From Pseudomonadota bacterium (GTDB lineage Bacteria > Pseudomonadota > Gammaproteobacteria > Steroidobacterales > Woeseiaceae), in NCBI GenBank assembly GCA_039033695.1, contig JBCCCC010000002.1, forward strand, positions 20,569 through 84,568: 64,000 nucleotides of DNA. Reading direction: 5' to 3'. This document shows positions 18,496-28,317 of the stretch, piece after piece. Within the stretch, counting starts at the first letter, position 1, and each line of letters opens with the position of its first letter. The position numbers were made by a program, and so were the translations under genes. The notes below the pieces were generated by a model. That model ran no database searches, was not told the DNA's origin, and was given only the letters and a program-made list of their open reading frames with translations.

Positions 18496-20019
18496 ATGCT
18501 GTTCCAACCCGCTCGTAACAATAAGACAATGCCAGACCGACACGACCTGAAACTCCTGCTGCGCTCGAGGACACCATTGATTGCTGTGCAATCACGAGAC
18601 GAGCGTGCCGTATTGAAGATGCTCACCGAACACGCAATCGGCGGCTTTGCGGCAAGCCACCAGCCCCTGTTCCGCTGGAGCGTCACCGACGGCTTGCAAC
18701 GGTTAGATATCGAACTGGCACCACAAACCCTGAACAGCGAGCCACAAGATGTACTGGGACACATTCGATCGGTCGAAAAACCGGCAATCTACGCGCTGCT
18801 AGACTTCCACCCCTACCTTCAAGATCCGCTGTTCATTCGCAAGATCAAAGATATCTGCATGAAGTTTGCCGACAATGGCGGCAAGTTAATCATGATCAGT
18901 CCGGTACTCAAAATCCCCGATGAGTTGAAGCACTTCAGCGCCAATTTCGAGCTGAGCGTGCCCAATGAGGCAAGGCGCGCCGAGATCGTCAAAGAAGTGG
19001 CACGCGAGTGGCGCGAAGACAATGCCGGCCGTCAGGTGCGCTCAGACGCACGCGCGCTCGACTTGCTTGTACGCAACCTCGCCGGATTGTCTGCGCTGGA
19101 CGTGCGCCGGCTCGCGCACAACGCCATTGTCGACGATGGCGTCATTGATCAGGCTGACATCCAGGCGGTGATGCAGGCCAAATACAAACTCCTCAATCAG
19201 GACGGTATGTTGACGTTCGAGTACGAGACGGCCCGGTTTGCCGATGTTGCAGGCATGCGTTCAATCAAGGAATGGGTCAGTCGCCGACGAAACGCGTTCC
19301 TCGGCAAGCAGCAGCGCGTCGGGCTGGATCCCCCCAAGGGCCTGATCCTGCTGGGGGTGCAAGGCTGCGGCAAAAGTCTGGCTGCCAAAGCAACTGCCGG
19401 TGCACTCGGTACGCCGCTGCTACGATTGGAGTTCGGCAATTTGTTCAACAAGTATCATGGCGAAACCGAGCGCAACCTCCGCGAGTCGCTGAAGATCGCG
19501 GAGACCATGGCACCTTGCGTATTGTGGATCGACGAACTCGAAAAGGGGCTGTCATCATCGGATGACAATACGGGCACATCGCAACGCGTGTTGGGCGCCT
19601 TCCTGACCTGGATGGCAGAACGCAAACCCGGCGTATTCGTTGTAGCTACCGCGAACGATATTGGCAAGCTACCGCCCGAACTCGTCCGCAAAGGCCGATT
19701 CGACGAGATCTTCTTTGTCGACTTGCCCGACGAATCCACACGTGCCGACATTCTCAACATACATCTCGCTCGTCGCGAGGCCTGCACTGATCGCATCGAT
19801 AGCACTGCAGTTGCCGCCAGCACGCATAACTTTTCCGGTGCCGAGCTCGAGCAATTAGTCGTCAGCGCTTTCTATGCAGCGGATGCTGATGAACAAACGC
19901 TGTCGACAACGCATTTGTTGGACGAAGCCACAAGAACCAGCCCGCTGGCGACTGTGATGGCCGAAAAAGTGCATGAACTGCGAGCATGGGCCGAAGGTCG
20001 GACTGTGCCGGCCAACTGA
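18496..20019 (+). CDS. Classical-clade AAA+ ATPase, Ycf46-like, with a ~260-aa N-terminal domain of unknown function
   Basis: Walker A GVQGCGKS, Walker B VLWIDELEK, SRH region ATANDIGKLPPELVRKGRFD. The N-terminus LKLLLRSRTPLIAVQSRDERAV resembles Ycf46-type proteins. An alternative start is the Met at 18529. Confidence 0.85.
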   Translation: MLFQPARNNKTMPDRHDLKLLLRSRTPLIAVQSRDERAVLKMLTEHAIGGFAASHQPLFRWSVTDGLQRLDIELAPQTLNSEPQDVLGHIRSVEKPAIYALLDFHPYLQDPLFIRKIKDICMKFADNGGKLIMISPVLKIPDELKHFSANFELSVPNEARRAEIVKEVAREWREDNAGRQVRSDARALDLLVRNLAGLSALDVRRLAHNAIVDDGVIDQADIQAVMQAKYKLLNQDGMLTFEYETARFADVAGMRSIKEWVSRRRNAFLGKQQRVGLDPPKGLILLGVQGCGKSLAAKATAGALGTPLLRLEFGNLFNKYHGETERNLRESLKIAETMAPCVLWIDELEKGLSSSDDNTGTSQRVLGAFLTWMAERKPGVFVVATANDIGKLPPELVRKGRFDEIFFVDLPDESTRADILNIHLARREACTDRIDSTAVAASTHNFSGAELEQLVVSAFYAADADEQTLSTTHLLDEATRTSPLATVMAEKVHELRAWAEGRTVPAN

Positions 20020-20116
20020 ATTCGAATCCTGCAATCAGGATTGTGAGTCTGCTCACGGAAGTCCGGCGCGTTAGCGGGTAGTGTAACGGTCAGTTTTAAA
20101 CCAAGACCCAATTGCC

Positions 20117-20398
20117 ATGAAGTCAGACAGCCTGCAACAGACAAGCATCATTCCCGACGACGCTGCGCGAAACGTTGCGAACAGGATTTGGCTACCCAGC
20201 TTCGTGTACGAATGCGTACCCTACTTTTACATACTGGCAGGCTTCGCAGCTTTGTTTGCGACGCTTTACATAAACGCCTGGTATTGGGTGGTTCCGCACT
20301 GGATCCTGTTTACGGCTTTGTGCCTTCATTTCGGCTTTCGCATCCTGTTTCAGCGCTACCGATACCGGCGCCAGGCTGAAGACGTAAGCGACAGCTAG
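20117..20398 (+). CDS. Small two-TM membrane protein, hypothetical
   Basis: Two hydrophobic helices and a basic C-terminal tail. No clear SD sequence. Confidence 0.4.
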   Translation: MKSDSLQQTSIIPDDAARNVANRIWLPSFVYECVPYFYILAGFAALFATLYINAWYWVVPHWILFTALCLHFGFRILFQRYRYRRQAEDVSDS

Positions 20399-20492
20399 GC
20401 CCGTCCCCGAGCGACCGAGCTAACGCAGCATCGCTTGACGCTGGCGGCATCATACCGGAGCATTCACCCGTCGATGTCTGAGGGACAGGCGA

Positions 20493-20765
20493 ATGCGCCA
20501 AATCAAACGTGAGTTGATCATTGCTGCCGTTATTCTGGTCGCGACGGTTGTTGTGTTGTTTCCAATAACCTATGTGGTTGGCGGCAAGACGCTCGGGCCT
20601 TTCGGAGAGGATGGCTCGCTCGGAGACTTTATGGGCTCGCTGTTCGTCGCGCTGGCAGACGGCAACCTGGCAATTTGGTTTTTCCTGCTGACACCACTCG
20701 CTGCGATTGCCGTGGTTCGTGTAGGTTGGCTGGGGTTCAAAAAGCTCAAACCCCAGGCGCTGTGA
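20493..20765 (+). CDS. Small two-TM membrane protein, hypothetical
   Basis: GAGGGA Shine-Dalgarno about 7 nt upstream of the ATG. Two hydrophobic helices. Confidence 0.5.
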   Translation: MRQIKRELIIAAVILVATVVVLFPITYVVGGKTLGPFGEDGSLGDFMGSLFVALADGNLAIWFFLLTPLAAIAVVRVGWLGFKKLKPQAL

Positions 20766-20856
20766 TCTGCGTCACACTTTTGGCGCAACGCACGACACAG
20801 GTACTTGCCGACTGGCATAATTTTACAAAATACGGATATCCGAAGACACCCGCATC

Positions 20857-21204
20857 ATGATTGCTGCCTTGTTTGAAAAAATTCGCGAACTGCTGTCGCG
20901 TAATGACAGCAAAGACATTGCTCCTCCGGACGCCAAGATTCCGACCGGGCTCACGCGAGAGTTGCGTGACGCTATGCAACGTAAGCCGGAAGACAATCTG
21001 CCGCGTGCCGGTGCACGGTTGCGCGGCCGAATCGAGTCGCCGAACGGGCACGAGAATGTGCTTATTATCGATAATGAGCATACGGAAGAGCTGCTGGCGC
21101 TCACGGAAGACGCGGTGGAGAAAATGCAAGAAGAGGGTTTCGACCCCTACAACACTGACACATTTACAACGACGGGCGCCTGGGAAAACACCAAACGCCG
21201 CTAG
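20857..21204 (+). CDS. Small acidic soluble protein, hypothetical
   Basis: The ORF has protein-like composition, whereas the overlapping antisense ORF 20746-21222 is Arg/Cys-rich. C-terminal GFDPYNTDTF motif. No family recognised. Confidence 0.4.
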   Translation: MIAALFEKIRELLSRNDSKDIAPPDAKIPTGLTRELRDAMQRKPEDNLPRAGARLRGRIESPNGHENVLIIDNEHTEELLALTEDAVEKMQEEGFDPYNTDTFTTTGAWENTKRR

Positions 21205-21339
21205 CACACCGAACAGGCACACTCGTGCCTCCGGTTAGACATAACCGCCCAAAACCCTCCGAAAAAAGGAACTGCCGCAAAGAAGCCGAGCGATCGCTTT
21301 GCTACCGTGACTCTTGAGATCCGTAGTTAAGGCAACGCG

Positions 21340-21843
21340 ATGATGCGAGCATCCACTTTGGCAACAGCTCTGGCACTTGTCAGCACGCTCGCGTTCCATG
21401 CTGCCAGCGCGACCCAACCGACGACACGCATTGCAACTCAGGATCATATCGTGCCGATCGGCGGGCTGACGGTTATCCCGGACGCCTTTCGATACCGTCC
21501 AAAATCCGTTGGGATTTCAGCGGGACCACAGTTGACACACTTGACGGAGAGCACCTACCTCGGGTCGACTTTGTCGCGAGCCTATGTCTCCGATCGCGAA
21601 TCGCTGCTTAACACGATTCGCGCGCGTCGCGGACTGTCATTGCTAACCTTCTGGGAGAACAGTGCACGTTGCCTGTTTTTCGGCTTGAACCACCGTGGGG
21701 AGCCTGGGCTGAACCTGGTCTCCGTGCGGCGCCTGGAACGTCAGAGATGGTCGCAACCGTCAGAGACGGCGCAGCTCTACGCACATCTGACAGGGCAAGT
21801 GCGCCCCACCTTCCCCGTACCGCCTTCGGTTCTGGATCGATAG
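21340..21843 (+). CDS. Secreted protein, hypothetical
   Basis: N-terminal signal peptide MMRASTLATALALVSTLAFHAASA. No family recognised. Confidence 0.45.
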   Translation: MMRASTLATALALVSTLAFHAASATQPTTRIATQDHIVPIGGLTVIPDAFRYRPKSVGISAGPQLTHLTESTYLGSTLSRAYVSDRESLLNTIRARRGLSLLTFWENSARCLFFGLNHRGEPGLNLVSVRRLERQRWSQPSETAQLYAHLTGQVRPTFPVPPSVLDR

Positions 21844-21848
21844 GCAGC

Positions 21849-23510
21849 TCAGCGCCGTTGCGCGTCGCTCTGCGCGCGCAACGCATGAAACTCACTGGTA
21901 GGCAGCCAATCAGGCCAGGTATCTGAGGCCGCCAGTTCTCGAGCAACGCCAAGGTAGAGATTCAGATCCTGCTCAAGACCAGCCCAGTCCCAACCGTCGT
22001 GGATCTCATCAGAGGCTTGGTGGTAGCGCTCGCGGATATGCTGCTCGGACACGCGCAGGCCATACTCGCGCCCGAACTCCACATGATCAACGCCGCCTTT
22101 GGCATACAAAACCGGCACGCCCTTCTTTGCAAAGCTGAAGTGATCTGACCGGTAGAAGAAACCTTTCTCCGGCGTAGGCTCTTGCACCAAGACACGGTTC
22201 TGCCCGGCGGCTGCCCGCGCCAAACTGTCTTCGAGCTCAGATGAGCCATAGCCAATAACTGTGACATCGTTCGTCGCACCATGAACGTTCATCGCGTCAA
22301 TATTGATCAAGCCCGCCATCCGCGCTAGCGACACCGTTGGCTGCTCAGCAAACCATGCCGAGCCAAGCAAGCCCGATTCCTCGGCAGTCACTGCCAGGAA
22401 CAGGTAGCTACGTCGACGTGGCTCATCCGCCAGAACACGCGCCATTTCAAGCAACGCCGCGGTGCCAGTGGCATTGTCGACGGCACCGTTGTAGATGCTG
22501 TCTTCCTCGCCATTGTCGACAATGCCGAAGTGATCCCAGTGCGCTGTGAAGGCCACCGTCTCGTCATCAGCCGCACCAGGCAGCAGCGCAACGACGTTCT
22601 GTGAAACTGATGGCGTCAACGTACTTTGGATCGCCGTCGACACGCTCGCGCCCAACGGGATCGCCGAGAATTCACGCGATGATGCCAGGCTGACCAGCTC
22701 AGCGAAATCGTGCCCGAACGCTGCAAATAACGCTGCCGCCGCATTGCCAGATATCCAGCCCTCGAATGCGCAGCGACCCGCGTTGCGGTCATCTGACTGC
22801 AACGTGAACTGTTCACCGGTCCAACCGCCCTCGACCACGCCCCATGGATAACCCGCCGCGCCTGTCTCATGAACGATGATGACACCGGCAGCACCTTGTC
22901 GTGCGGCCTCTTCGAACTTGTAACTCCAGCGGCCGTAGAAAGTCATCTTATTGCCAGTGAACAGCGCATCGTTGCCCGTCGCATACCCCGGGTCATTGAC
23001 CAGCAACACGACGGTCTTGCCAGCAACATCAATGCCCTCGTAGTCGTTCCAGTCGTATTCCGGCGCCACAATACCGTAGCCGGCAAAAACGACCTCGCTG
23101 TCGGTAACTGCAACCGAGTTGACCTGGCGGCTGGTCAGAACCACCGCATCGTCGCCGATATCAAGCACCACGCTCACGTCGTCGTTTCGAAAATTGAGTG
23201 GCGACACATCCGTTGGCGTTATTGACATCAGCGCAACGTCCTGCACGAAACTGCCATTGTTACCACCGATCGCACCAGCGGCCTCGAACTGGGAAACCAG
23301 ATAGTCGACAGTCAGCTCCTCACCGACAGACGATGGCGCGCGACCGGCAAACTCATCCGAGGAAAGCACTTCGACATCTTTTCGGAAGCGGTCAACGTCT
23401 ACCCCGGTCATCGATTGGCCTGCTACAGCGGGCGCAGCCGAGCGGTTATGGGTGTCTGAGCACGCACCGAGCAAGCAAGCAGCTACGACCGTCACGATGA
23501 GTCTTGGCAT
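21849..23510 (-). CDS. M28-family aminopeptidase lipoprotein with PA domain
   Basis: Lipobox LLGAC. Metal-ligand motifs FTAHWDHFG, NGAVDNATG, TAEESGLLGS and YHQASDE. I placed the start at the ATG at 23510. Confidence 0.85.
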   Translation of the reverse strand: MPRLIVTVVAACLLGACSDTHNRSAAPAVAGQSMTGVDVDRFRKDVEVLSSDEFAGRAPSSVGEELTVDYLVSQFEAAGAIGGNNGSFVQDVALMSITPTDVSPLNFRNDDVSVVLDIGDDAVVLTSRQVNSVAVTDSEVVFAGYGIVAPEYDWNDYEGIDVAGKTVVLLVNDPGYATGNDALFTGNKMTFYGRWSYKFEEAARQGAAGVIIVHETGAAGYPWGVVEGGWTGEQFTLQSDDRNAGRCAFEGWISGNAAAALFAAFGHDFAELVSLASSREFSAIPLGASVSTAIQSTLTPSVSQNVVALLPGAADDETVAFTAHWDHFGIVDNGEEDSIYNGAVDNATGTAALLEMARVLADEPRRRSYLFLAVTAEESGLLGSAWFAEQPTVSLARMAGLINIDAMNVHGATNDVTVIGYGSSELEDSLARAAAGQNRVLVQEPTPEKGFFYRSDHFSFAKKGVPVLYAKGGVDHVEFGREYGLRVSEQHIRERYHQASDEIHDGWDWAGLEQDLNLYLGVARELAASDTWPDWLPTSEFHALRAQSDAQRR

Positions 23511-23658
23511 TGAAAGCCTCCATCTACTGATATCTGGGCCCACACATGAGGCTGCGTCTATCGCAGCGATTCAAACAATCAACTGGAGGCGCCGAATGCG
23601 CCACCCTATTATGGGGCTATTGAATACGCAATCCCAAGACTCACAAGGAACACTAGAG

Positions 23659-24126
23659 ATGAAGATCAATATCGGCATTGAGACTGACGATCGAGAGAAA
23701 ATCGCCGCCGGCTTGTCACGGCTGTTAGCGGATTCCTATACGACCTACCTCAAAACCCACAATTTTCACTGGAATGTGACGGGCCCCATGTTTGCGACGT
23801 TACACACACTGTTCGAGACACACTACCTGGAGCTCGCGACGGCAGTGGACGAAATCGCAGAACGCATTCGTGCGCTGGGTATGCCCGCGCCGGGCTCGTA
23901 TGCAGCATTCTCAAAGTTGTCAGTGATCGAGGAAGAAACGGGCACACCAACTGCCGAGGAAATGATCCGCCAGTTGGTCCAGGCACAGGAGGCTGTGGCA
24001 CGCACGGCTCGCGAAGTGATGCCACTTGCAGATGCAGCGGCCGACGAACCAACCGCGGATTTGCTGACACAGCGGATGCAAGTGCATGAGAAAAACGCCT
24101 GGATGCTGCGCAGCTTGCTGGCCTAG
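23659..24126 (+). CDS. dps: Dps-family DNA-protecting ferritin-like protein
   Basis: LLADSYTTYLKTHNFHWNVTGPMFATLHTLFE and DEIAERIRALG. I placed the start at the ATG at 23659; the tracked ORF starts at 23452 inside the divergent M28 gene. Confidence 0.9.
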   Translation: MKINIGIETDDREKIAAGLSRLLADSYTTYLKTHNFHWNVTGPMFATLHTLFETHYLELATAVDEIAERIRALGMPAPGSYAAFSKLSVIEEETGTPTAEEMIRQLVQAQEAVARTAREVMPLADAAADEPTADLLTQRMQVHEKNAWMLRSLLA

Positions 24127-24127
24127 G

Positions 24128-24169
24128 GTACGCGCGGGTCGTATTGACGAGGTACGACCCGCCGCGTAC
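24128..24169 (+). terminator. Strong GC hairpin downstream of dps (no T-tract)
   Basis: gtacgcgcgggtcgta ... tacgacccgccgcgtac forms a 16-17 bp stem with one bulge. Confidence 0.5.
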
Positions 24170-24208
24170 GCTCGCGAATAAATAACGAGCTGTACCAGGG
24201 AACTTCCA

Positions 24209-24781
24209 ATGACCATCAGAATTGCGTTTGATCTTAGCGAAAATGATCTTGAGCACTTTCGTATCATCATGCGTCAGGCGCGAAAGAACGCCCAGACGCT
24301 GTCTGAGCAACAGATTATAGCTGGCGCCAATGACTTGATGGCTGAGGTTGGCGAGACCAACGTACCGGACTTTATTGGCGACAGACTGGGCAAGCTCAAG
24401 GTCATGACCAGCATGTTGACCGACAGCGAATGGCAACTGCCCGAGGAAGAGACAAGCCGTGTGCTCAGCGCGTTAGCCTATTTCAGTGAGCCTGACGATC
24501 TGATTCCAGACCATATCCCGGGCCTGGGCTTTCTAGATGATGCAATCATGGTCGAGCTGGTCGTGCGGGAACTCAAACATGAGATCCAGGCCTACGAAGA
24601 CTTCTGCGAGTTCCGCAGTCGGGAAGAAGCCAAACGCAAAGCAGACGATGACGAGGTAACACGCGAACAGTGGCTAGCAGGGCGGCGGGCAGAACTGCAT
24701 TCGCGCATGCGCCGTCGCCGGCGTGGCTCGCGTCGCAGAACCGGCGGTGCCTCGCTCAAATCGCCTTTTTCGATCTTTTGA
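24209..24781 (+). CDS. DUF1232 (YkvA-like) domain protein with an Arg-rich tail
   Basis: LIPDHIPGLGFLDDAIMVELVV is the DUF1232 core motif. Confidence 0.75.
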   Translation: MTIRIAFDLSENDLEHFRIIMRQARKNAQTLSEQQIIAGANDLMAEVGETNVPDFIGDRLGKLKVMTSMLTDSEWQLPEEETSRVLSALAYFSEPDDLIPDHIPGLGFLDDAIMVELVVRELKHEIQAYEDFCEFRSREEAKRKADDDEVTREQWLAGRRAELHSRMRRRRRGSRRRTGGASLKSPFSIF

Positions 24782-24796
24782 CCCGGACTCATTAGC

Positions 24797-25090
24797 GTGC
24801 CAGAAGCGCCCGCCAAGACAGTCATCCTCCAAGATACCTTGGTTGCCAAGTTGGACGAGCGAATCCAGCAGACGTCCAACCCTGAAGAACGCGCCCGCCT
24901 GCTCGAGCGTTTCCAACGCCACGCAAACGATTATCGGACACTCGGACTGATGCGCGAGCTGCCCGTCTTTGCCGAGCCAGCACTGCACGCCTTCCAGCAG
25001 CTGTCGGCTGACGACACCGCAACGCTCGATCAACAAGCGCTAATGAGCGTGCTGTCAGCAGCTTACCAAACAGTGTGCAGTAAGTACTGA
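24797..25090 (+). CDS. Hypothetical protein (97 aa)
   Basis: GTG start 16 nt after the previous stop. Helical, protein-like composition. No family recognised. Confidence 0.4.
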   Translation: MPEAPAKTVILQDTLVAKLDERIQQTSNPEERARLLERFQRHANDYRTLGLMRELPVFAEPALHAFQQLSADDTATLDQQALMSVLSAAYQTVCSKY

Positions 25091-25128
25091 CGCGCGCAAC
25101 ACCGCCAGCAGGTGGCGCAGGACTTCGC

Positions 25129-25434
25129 CTACGCCGGCCAGTGGTATGCGGCGATCAGAACAAAGCCTATCCACATGCCAGCCTGCGCATACCAACGCCA
25201 GCTTTGCTCTTTTATCAAACCAATGAAACTTGCTGCACTGAGCACAGTCAAAACAGCGAACAAACCCACACTATTCAGAACGGATTCCAACTCGTCTCTC
25301 ACGCGCGGCTCATCGAGTCCAATCAGCACAAACATCAGGATGGCAACCGCCAAACCCAGCGTAATTGACGCCGCAGAACCCAGCACGACACCTGTAATTA
25401 TGGTTAATGGACGCATAGTTTTTTTCTTGGACAC
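25129..25434 (-). CDS. Small three-TM membrane protein, hypothetical
   Basis: MSKKK is followed by three clear hydrophobic helices. The opposite-strand ORF 25112-25489 looks non-coding. Confidence 0.45.
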   Translation of the reverse strand: MSKKKTMRPLTIITGVVLGSAASITLGLAVAILMFVLIGLDEPRVRDELESVLNSVGLFAVLTVLSAASFIGLIKEQSWRWYAQAGMWIGFVLIAAYHWPA

Positions 25435-25615
25435 GCGCAGGGCGCATGCCGTCGCTCGGCGGATTGATTTAAATGTGGGTTTTGACTAGCTTTTCTTTAG
25501 TCAATGGTGCTAAAAAAGACGCTAGCGTTCAGACCGTACTCCGGCCATGGCGCAAGCTTAACCGCTCATGACGAGTATCGGCAAACTGACCAGGCAATTC
25601 GACAGACAGGACACT

Positions 25616-27724
25616 ATGACCTACAGCAATCCTCTGATTCGACTCATGACCGTCGGCGCCGCTCTGGCGCTGCTTATGCTCACTACCGGCGGCAATGCTG
25701 CCGGAGAGACCAAACGCAGTGAAACAGATGCATTGCAGGCCTCAGCGCACCATCACAGAATCAGCTCGCTGGTCACGCGTTTCATAGAGAAGTCGCACTA
25801 CACGTTGCCGCCCGTTGACGACGCACTGTCTGCACAAATATTAGACACCTATATTGAAGCATTAGACTCCAACAAGTTGTATTTTCTCGACAGCGACATT
25901 CGTCGCTTCGAGCGCTATCGCAATCGCATAGACAACATGGTTGTCGGCGCATCGCTGGAGCCAGTCTTCGATATCTTTCGCACCTACCAAACACGTGCCG
26001 AAGAGCGTTGGCGCTATGCGCGTACATTGCTCGAGCAGGAACCTGATTTCAGCGTCGACGAATCTTTCCGTTTCGACCGTGAAGACGTCTCCTGGGCCGC
26101 GGATAAAGCTGAGCTGGATGAGATATGGCGCAAGCGCGTCAAGAACGATGCACTGAACTTACTGTTGACCGACACCGAGTGGGACGATACTCAGGAGAAG
26201 CTGCAAAAGCGCTACAAGCGGTTCACTAAGCAGATCGACCAGGTCAACTCTGACGATGTGTTCGAAATATTCATGAATGCATTTGCGCGCACGCTCGACC
26301 CACACTCGAGCTATCTATCGCCGCGCAATTCCGAGGAATATCGCATCCAGATGAGCTTGTCGTACTTCGGCATTGGTGCCTCGCTGCAAACAGAAGACGA
26401 GTTCGTCAAAGTCATGAATGTGATCACCGGCGGCCCTGCCGCGCTGGACGGCACGTTAAAGCCTTCCGATAGGATTGTTGGCGTTGGCGAAGGCGCGTCC
26501 GGCGAGATCGTCGATGTCATCGGCTGGCGACTCGATGACGTTGTGCAACTCATTCGCGGCCCACGCGATACGGTTGTGCGGCTGCAGATTCTCCCCGGGG
26601 GCGCAATGCCCGGGGATGAGCAGACAATCCTGGAACTCACCCGTGGCCAGGTCAAACTGGAAGAACAAGCAGCTAAGAGCTCGGTGATTTCGGTTCCCCG
26701 CGAGGACCGCGAACTGCGAATCGGTGTCATCAATATACCGAGCTTCTATCGCGACTATCAGGCCCAGCAGGCTGGCGAAAGAGACTTCAAGAGCACGACA
26801 CGCGACGTACAACGCATTCTGACGGAACTGCAGGCTGAGGGCGTAGACGGCGTGGTCGTCGACTTGCGCGGCAATGGCGGCGGGCATCTGACGGAAGCCA
26901 CAATGCTCTCCGGGTTATTTATCGATCAGGGCCCAGTTGTGCAACTGCGTTATGCGCGCTCGCAAGTGGAAGTGCTGCGCGATCCGGTGCCGAGCGTCGC
27001 CTATGATGGTCCGCTGGCGGTACTGGTTGATCGTTTCAGCGCGTCGGCCTCCGAGATCTTTGCTGGCGCGATTCAGGATTACGAGCGCGGCGTTGTGCTT
27101 GGGCAGCAGACATTTGGCAAAGGTTCTGTGCAGAATCTATACAACCTTGACCAGTTTGTTCCCCGCAGCGAAGGCGAAGGGCTCGGGCAGCTGACGCTGA
27201 CCATTGGTAAATACTATCGCGTGACCGGCGACAGTACACAAAATCGGGGCGTACTGCCGGACATTGAGCTGCCATCTATGATCGACGCAAAAGAATTCGG
27301 CGAAAGTACCAGACCGCGCGCCCTGCCCTGGGATCAAATCCAGCAAACTCGTTTCCGTGCGGGCAGCCCGCTGGACGCGCAGATCCAGACGCTGGCGAAG
27401 AATCTCGAGTCTCGACTGGCTGGCGATCCGGATCATGAATTTTTGCTCAGCGACCTGGAGGCCGTGCGCGCCAATCGGGCTCGCGATACCGTATCGCTGA
27501 ATCTTGAGACTCGTAAGAGCGAACGCGAGCAATTCCGTGAGGATCGGCTCAAGCGCGAAAATGCCCGGCGCGCAGCTGCGGGACTAGAGGCGCTCGAGAG
27601 CCTAGAAGCGCTCGAGGAAGCTGAGCCACCCGATATCGTACTGAACGAAGCGGCGGACGTGGTGGCCGATATGGTCGCATTGAACGTGCATCAAGGCATC
27701 ACCAGAACAGCACAAAACCGTTAG
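25616..27724 (+). CDS. prc: Tail-specific (C-terminal processing) protease, S41 family
   Basis: Signal peptide, a PDZ region and an S41 core (RGNGGG, DRFSASASEIFAGA, TFGKGSVQ). AGGA lies upstream of the ATG at 25616; an alternative start is at 25568. Confidence 0.9.
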   Translation: MTYSNPLIRLMTVGAALALLMLTTGGNAAGETKRSETDALQASAHHHRISSLVTRFIEKSHYTLPPVDDALSAQILDTYIEALDSNKLYFLDSDIRRFERYRNRIDNMVVGASLEPVFDIFRTYQTRAEERWRYARTLLEQEPDFSVDESFRFDREDVSWAADKAELDEIWRKRVKNDALNLLLTDTEWDDTQEKLQKRYKRFTKQIDQVNSDDVFEIFMNAFARTLDPHSSYLSPRNSEEYRIQMSLSYFGIGASLQTEDEFVKVMNVITGGPAALDGTLKPSDRIVGVGEGASGEIVDVIGWRLDDVVQLIRGPRDTVVRLQILPGGAMPGDEQTILELTRGQVKLEEQAAKSSVISVPREDRELRIGVINIPSFYRDYQAQQAGERDFKSTTRDVQRILTELQAEGVDGVVVDLRGNGGGHLTEATMLSGLFIDQGPVVQLRYARSQVEVLRDPVPSVAYDGPLAVLVDRFSASASEIFAGAIQDYERGVVLGQQTFGKGSVQNLYNLDQFVPRSEGEGLGQLTLTIGKYYRVTGDSTQNRGVLPDIELPSMIDAKEFGESTRPRALPWDQIQQTRFRAGSPLDAQIQTLAKNLESRLAGDPDHEFLLSDLEAVRANRARDTVSLNLETRKSEREQFREDRLKRENARRAAAGLEALESLEALEEAEPPDIVLNEAADVVADMVALNVHQGITRTAQNR

Positions 27725-27740
27725 CCTTATGTCCGGAAGA

Positions 27741-27771
27741 AGCCGGTCGACGATGGTCGGCCGGCTTTTTT
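27741..27771 (+). terminator. Rho-independent terminator of prc
   Basis: 11-bp stem agccggtcgac/gtcggccggct (one G-U pair), a 4-nt loop, then TTTTT. Confidence 0.8.
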
Positions 27772-27920
27772 ATGCGTGCTATAGCGCGAACCAATTACGC
27801 AACCATCTACCGATGCATGCTACATCGACAGCACCATGTCACCACCATCTAACTGATTTTTAATAGTTTAATCAGCCGCGGACTCGATAAATTCCAATTT
27901 CAAGCCTCAGATCTATTGCA

Positions 27921-27963
27921 GGTGTTGTGTTGGTGTTATATCTTACTACACCACTAACACACC
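27921..27963. repeat. Imperfect inverted repeat in the AT-rich region upstream of the RND operon
   Basis: ggtgttgtgttggtgt, an 11-nt spacer, then acaccactaacacacc. 12 of 16 positions are Watson-Crick pairs and one is a wobble. The inner 6 bp and outer 5 bp are perfect. Confidence 0.5.
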
Positions 27964-28317
27964 CAACCGGATTACTGTGCGCGCATGACACGCCGTTCCA
28001 CTGCATCAACCCCGCTGTCCGAGTGCGGCTCCTTGCCGGCGCCTTATGCCCTTGACACCCCGCTTAGCCGTAGCCGATACACCATGGTCATTGCTGCAGC
28101 GCTAGCACTAATTTGGCAACAGAGTTTCTTGGTGACAGATGCAACCAAACCGGCTTCGGCGGCATCAAATACCAGTATCACTGCACCTGAGTTCCTGCCA
28201 ATTCTCGAGTTCGCGGCAGCTGGAGGCCAAGTCATGCCGCAAACGACAGTCGACACACCTGCCAAAACGCAGCCCAACGAATTTTCTTTTTAGCCCTCAA
28301 AAAAAACAGGCTTTGCC

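Noticed and set aside
20021-20042. TTCGAATCC, a tRNA T-loop-like motif, seen just after the AAA+ ATPase stop. It could have been a tRNA fragment or an integration scar.
   Set aside because: The 5 nt upstream do not pair to form a T-stem, and no acceptor, D or anticodon arms can be drawn. The motif instead belongs to a simple 7-bp hairpin (aatcctg/caggatt).
27584-27619. Tandem 18-nt near-repeat (ctagaggcgctcgagagc / ctagaagcgctcgaggaa) inside prc.
   Set aside because: It simply encodes a short LEALES/LEALEE helical repeat in the Prc C-terminal tail. There are only two copies, both in frame.
27985-28293. 102-aa ORF with one hydrophobic helix upstream of the RND adaptor gene.
   Set aside because: I did not call it as a gene. 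It has no convincing SD sequence, a hand count of third-position GC looks lower than in neighbouring genes, and I recognise no family. It is kept only as a possibility under the leader-region finding.
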